64,000 bases of DNA from Octopus vulgaris (Eukaryota): NCBI GenBank assembly GCA_951406725.2, contig OX597816.1, positions 131,192,001 through 131,256,000 of the forward strand. The letters run 5' to 3'. Made by a program: the position numbers and the translations under genes. The stretch's first letter is position 1, and every line of letters begins with the position of its first letter. Below the pieces are notes generated by a model. The model saw only the letters and a list, made by a program, of their open reading frames with translations, was not told the DNA's origin and ran no database searches. Below, piece by piece: positions 60,520 to 64,000 of this stretch.

Positions 60520-60780
60520 CCTTCATTGTTTGTATGCTCCATCTCCTGCTAGATCATCCTACCAGGCCTTTATTCTCATGTACCAGCTGCAGGCTGGAAG
60601 AGGCCTCATGGCAGGCCCCGCACCAAATGGCTGAACATGATTGGGGTGGATCTCCAGAGGCTCAATGTCACCTTGGAGGATGCAGAAGGGCTGGTACGGG
60701 ACCACCAGCAATGGAGAGTACTGGTGGACCTGATCCGCTCTATGCGCATAATGATGTTTCTGGTACCACTAGCCTGGAGT
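60520..60780 (+). mobile_element. RTE-type LINE 3' end fragment
   Basis: PAAGWKRPHGRPRTKWLNMIGVDLQRLNVTLEDAEGLVRDHQQWRVLV, the RTE C-terminal R-x-x-GRPR-x-x-W motif. Confidence 0.75.
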
Positions 60781-61254
60781 GACCCCAGTCCCATCAAGCA
60801 AGAGCATGAACCAAGTAAGCAAGCAAGTAATATATTATATCTGATACAAGCCATCTTATAAACATGATTTCTTATATGGAGCAGAAAAGAGAGAAAGAGA
60901 ATATATTTGTCACTTGCAAAATAGTCTTCAAAGCCTCTTCTTCGACCTAGAAGCTATGCTATTATTGAGTCAACCCCATGAAGCTGTTAGGCAACCATTT
61001 CAACAGAACTTACCTACTACCTCCAATGAATCAATATATTCTATAGGATTCACACCTTAGATGCACAAACACATTTATTTTTCAGAAACCACTTTAAAAT
61101 ACGTTCACTGTTGGGTTTCAATGATGACAACAACAATAATGGTGGCAACAACAATAATGACAATGTATTAAGTTCTTTAATTCACTTAACTCATCTTGTC
61201 TTTGAAAATGTTTCACATTCTGTAACAACTATATACATATCTTCCCAAAGATAC

Positions 61255-61570
61255 CTGGCACTCCATCAGTTCCAACAATGAAAGTTCCAATTGAGCCAAT
61301 CAATGGAACAGCCTGCTTGTGAAATTAACATGTAAGTGGCCAAGCACTCCACAGGCACATGTACCCTTAACATAGTTTTCAGGGAGATTCAGCATAACAT
61401 AGAATATGACAAGGCTGGTCCTTTGAACTACAAGTACTACTCATTTTTGCCAGCTGAGTGGACTGGAGCATTGTGAAATAAAGTGTCTTGCCCTAGGGCA
61501 CAATGCACCACCAAGAATTGAACTCATGACCTAATGATCATGAACCAAATGCACTAAGCTATGCACCTTC
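61255..61570 (-). mobile_element. SINE sharing its 3' domain with family 3 but with a different head
   Basis: tcaatggaacagcctgcttgtgaaattaacatgtaagtggc...cccttaacatagtt matches 46583-46700, then diverges. Confidence 0.7.
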
Positions 61571-61790
61571 ACTACCTTTCCATAGATAGTTACTATAACA
61601 ATTACTCATATAACTTTACATGGACAACCATTTTTTAAATATTTCAGAATAGCATCAAATGTGGAAATATGGTGATGGTGACTGAAAACAGAGCCTTACT
61701 CCACAATAACTATAATTTACATACTGCAACAATAAAAAAAGATTCTCAAACACACTTTATATAAATAAAAGAAAAACAATCAAAACTCAC

Positions 61791-61862
61791 CTCTTGTTAG
61801 CCATTCGTCTCGACTGAGCATTGCTAAGTCCTTCTGCAAATTCAGTTTCAGGAAGTGAAAAC
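61791..61862 (-). CDS. TTC14: TTC14 exon
   Basis: tcttag acceptor; FSLPETEFAEGLSNAQSRRMANK; gtgagt donor. 72 nt, phase 2/2. Compare human [22 protein letters not shown]. Confidence 0.9.
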
Positions 61863-63624
61863 CTAAGAGAAAAGAAATAGGATCAGATAAAAATATGTCA
61901 AATACACTTTTTTTTATTATTATTTTTAGGATTTCATGATTAAATAGTGATTTTCATTGTTGTTTTAATTGATTTTTTTTTTTTTGAGAGAGAGAGGAAT
62001 TGTTTTGCATTGCTTGATGTACATTCTATTCAGCTATAAAATAGGTGTGGAACAAGTCTGTTCAGCTATAAAATAGGTGTGGAATAAGCCATGGTAAAGA
62101 GAGTTAAATGTCATGTACAAGGCAAAAAAACATTGCTATATTGAAGCAGAGAATGAGAGAACTTTTACAGTCACTTAAACCACACCTTAGGATCTTGAAA
62201 AAAAAAAAAAAAGGTATACATTGAATAATCTTTAATAATAAATTCAACAGAGCAATAATGTAAAAAATAAACAGGAAATGAATGTTAAGGAAAAAATGTT
62301 CTGATTAGAAAAATAACATTTTATAGATTTCTACCACATGTATAATCTAGTGGAGTTAGAAATATTGATTTCAAATTTTGGCCCAAGGTCAGCAAGTTTT
62401 GGGGTTGGGGTAAACTGATATCAACCCAGTGCTCAACTGGTACTTATTTTATCAACTCCAAAATACTGAAAGGCAAAGTTGATCTCAGCAGAATTTGAAC
62501 TGAGAATGTAAAGATGGATAAAATGCCACATAGTATTTTGCCCAGCCTTCTGGAGTTGAGTTAGAAATATTAATAGGAAAATATACACAAGCATGCACAT
62601 ATATATATATCATCATCATCATCGTTTAACGTCTGTTCTCCATGCTAGCATGGGTTGGACGGTTCGACCGGGGATCTGGAAGCCAGAAGGCTGCACCGGG
62701 CTCCAGTCTTATCTGGCAATGTTTCTACAGCTGGATGCCCTTACTAACGCCAACCACTCCGTGAGTGTAGTGGGTGCTTTTTACGTGCCACCTGCACATA
62801 TATATATAGCTGTGTAAATCTATGTGGTGTGTGTGTGCATTTTGTGTATGCATATATATGCACACAATGGCCATAATGTAACAATCACTATAGTGTACTA
62901 ATGTTCTACAGACTAATCATAATAGCAATAGAGTACCAGTGATACCCTTGTTTTTCATCTATATCATCAATTATAACAGAAAAATTATCTTTATCAATAC
63001 ATTCAAGTTTTACATCACAACTGGACATGCATACACATAATCATTACAAACCACTGTATGTTTTGATCATACAGTCTTATCAACCTTCATAATGACTAAC
63101 AAGCGATCCTGTTAGCCATTCAAGTGTATAAGTCAACAAGTAACGATTCACTAGTTCATTACTTCAGTAATATATATATATTTTAGATGCCCTTCATAAA
63201 AGATCACATGCATATTCTATATCGATGTGACCTTTCATTAATATACCAGCACTTACTTATAGATACAAACACTACACAGTGAGTCATTTTTTCTTTGCTT
63301 GTACACATAAATACATGTATGCATACATACACATCTGAAGTAATTCAAATCACAACAACGATACATTTGTTATACATATTTTTAAGTGTATAAACTCTAT
63401 CATACACTTAAAAATGATAATTCAAACTAAGAAATTCCTAATATGAAAACACATGAAATTAGCAAATTAGAAATGTAAACAAGCATTATCTCCAAATTAT
63501 TGTATTTATTAAATACAGAATTTTAACAGTTCTGTATTTAATAGATACATTACCACAACATAGTCAATTTTATAAGTCAATTTGAAGAGCTAATGAGAAG
63601 GAAATAATGAAAATTTACACTTAC

Positions 63625-63768
63625 TTGTTCAAGCTTCTTGTTAGAGAACCTGTGTCTTCAGGATGTTTCAACAACTGTAGCAGGTAAGGAATACAGCCAG
63701 AATTGTTAAAGCCAATCACAGTATGAATCAATTCATCATAAGACAAACCACAATAATACATCTTCCGT
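63625..63768 (-). CDS. TTC14: TTC14 exon (most 5' one found in the window)
   Basis: tttcag acceptor; RKMYYCGLSYDELIHTVIGFNNSGCIPYLLQLLKHPEDTGSLTRSLN; gtaagt donor. Compare human [22 protein letters not shown]...SLMRGLQ. Confidence 0.9.
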
Positions 63769-64000
63769 CTGAAATACAATAATCATAATGTAGGAACCAC
63801 TATGGTGTAAAAATGTTTTACAGGGTAATATTAAATCTAATAGAGTGCTACTGATATTCTCTGGTGGATAATGGAATGATAGAGATTACTTGTTTCTAGC
63901 AAGTCAAATGATTGTTTCTTCATGTCAAAAACATTTTTAACTACACCTGGCATAACAATTCATTAGTAAAGCAACCACACTATAAACTCTGCTTTTCATT

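Noticed and set aside
62026-62088. 32-bp tandem duplication (similar 21-bp one at ~16485-16528)
   Set aside because: Ordinary slippage duplications with no sign of function.

Overview
AT-rich, microsatellite- and transposon-dense animal genomic DNA. The SINE families and (TA)n density look like an octopus/coleoid cephalopod genome (inference). Two convergent spliced genes are readable: the last two coding exons of FBXO45/Fsn (+ strand, 20628-25072; bases 1-20627 are presumably one large intron) and seven 3' exons of TTC14 (- strand, 63768 to 47936; TPR exons plus a ~911-aa Ser/Arg/Lys-rich terminal exon). The rest is decayed LINEs (CR1-, RTE- and R4/Dong-like), mariner/Tc1/hAT elements, two non-autonomous Helitrons and many SINEs. 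The most striking signal is about ten type-I hammerhead-ribozyme-like motifs from about eight short element families. Most sit in (TA)n/(TAA)n tracts, often as fold-back pairs, and one pair brackets a Penelope-like GIY-YIG remnant. They share a short, mostly self-complementary helix III but differ at the tertiary 3:8 core pair: canonical C3:G8, swapped G3:C8 (GUGAACA) and U3:A8 (UUGAAAA), which standard CUGANGA searches would miss. All structures were folded by eye and activity is untested.
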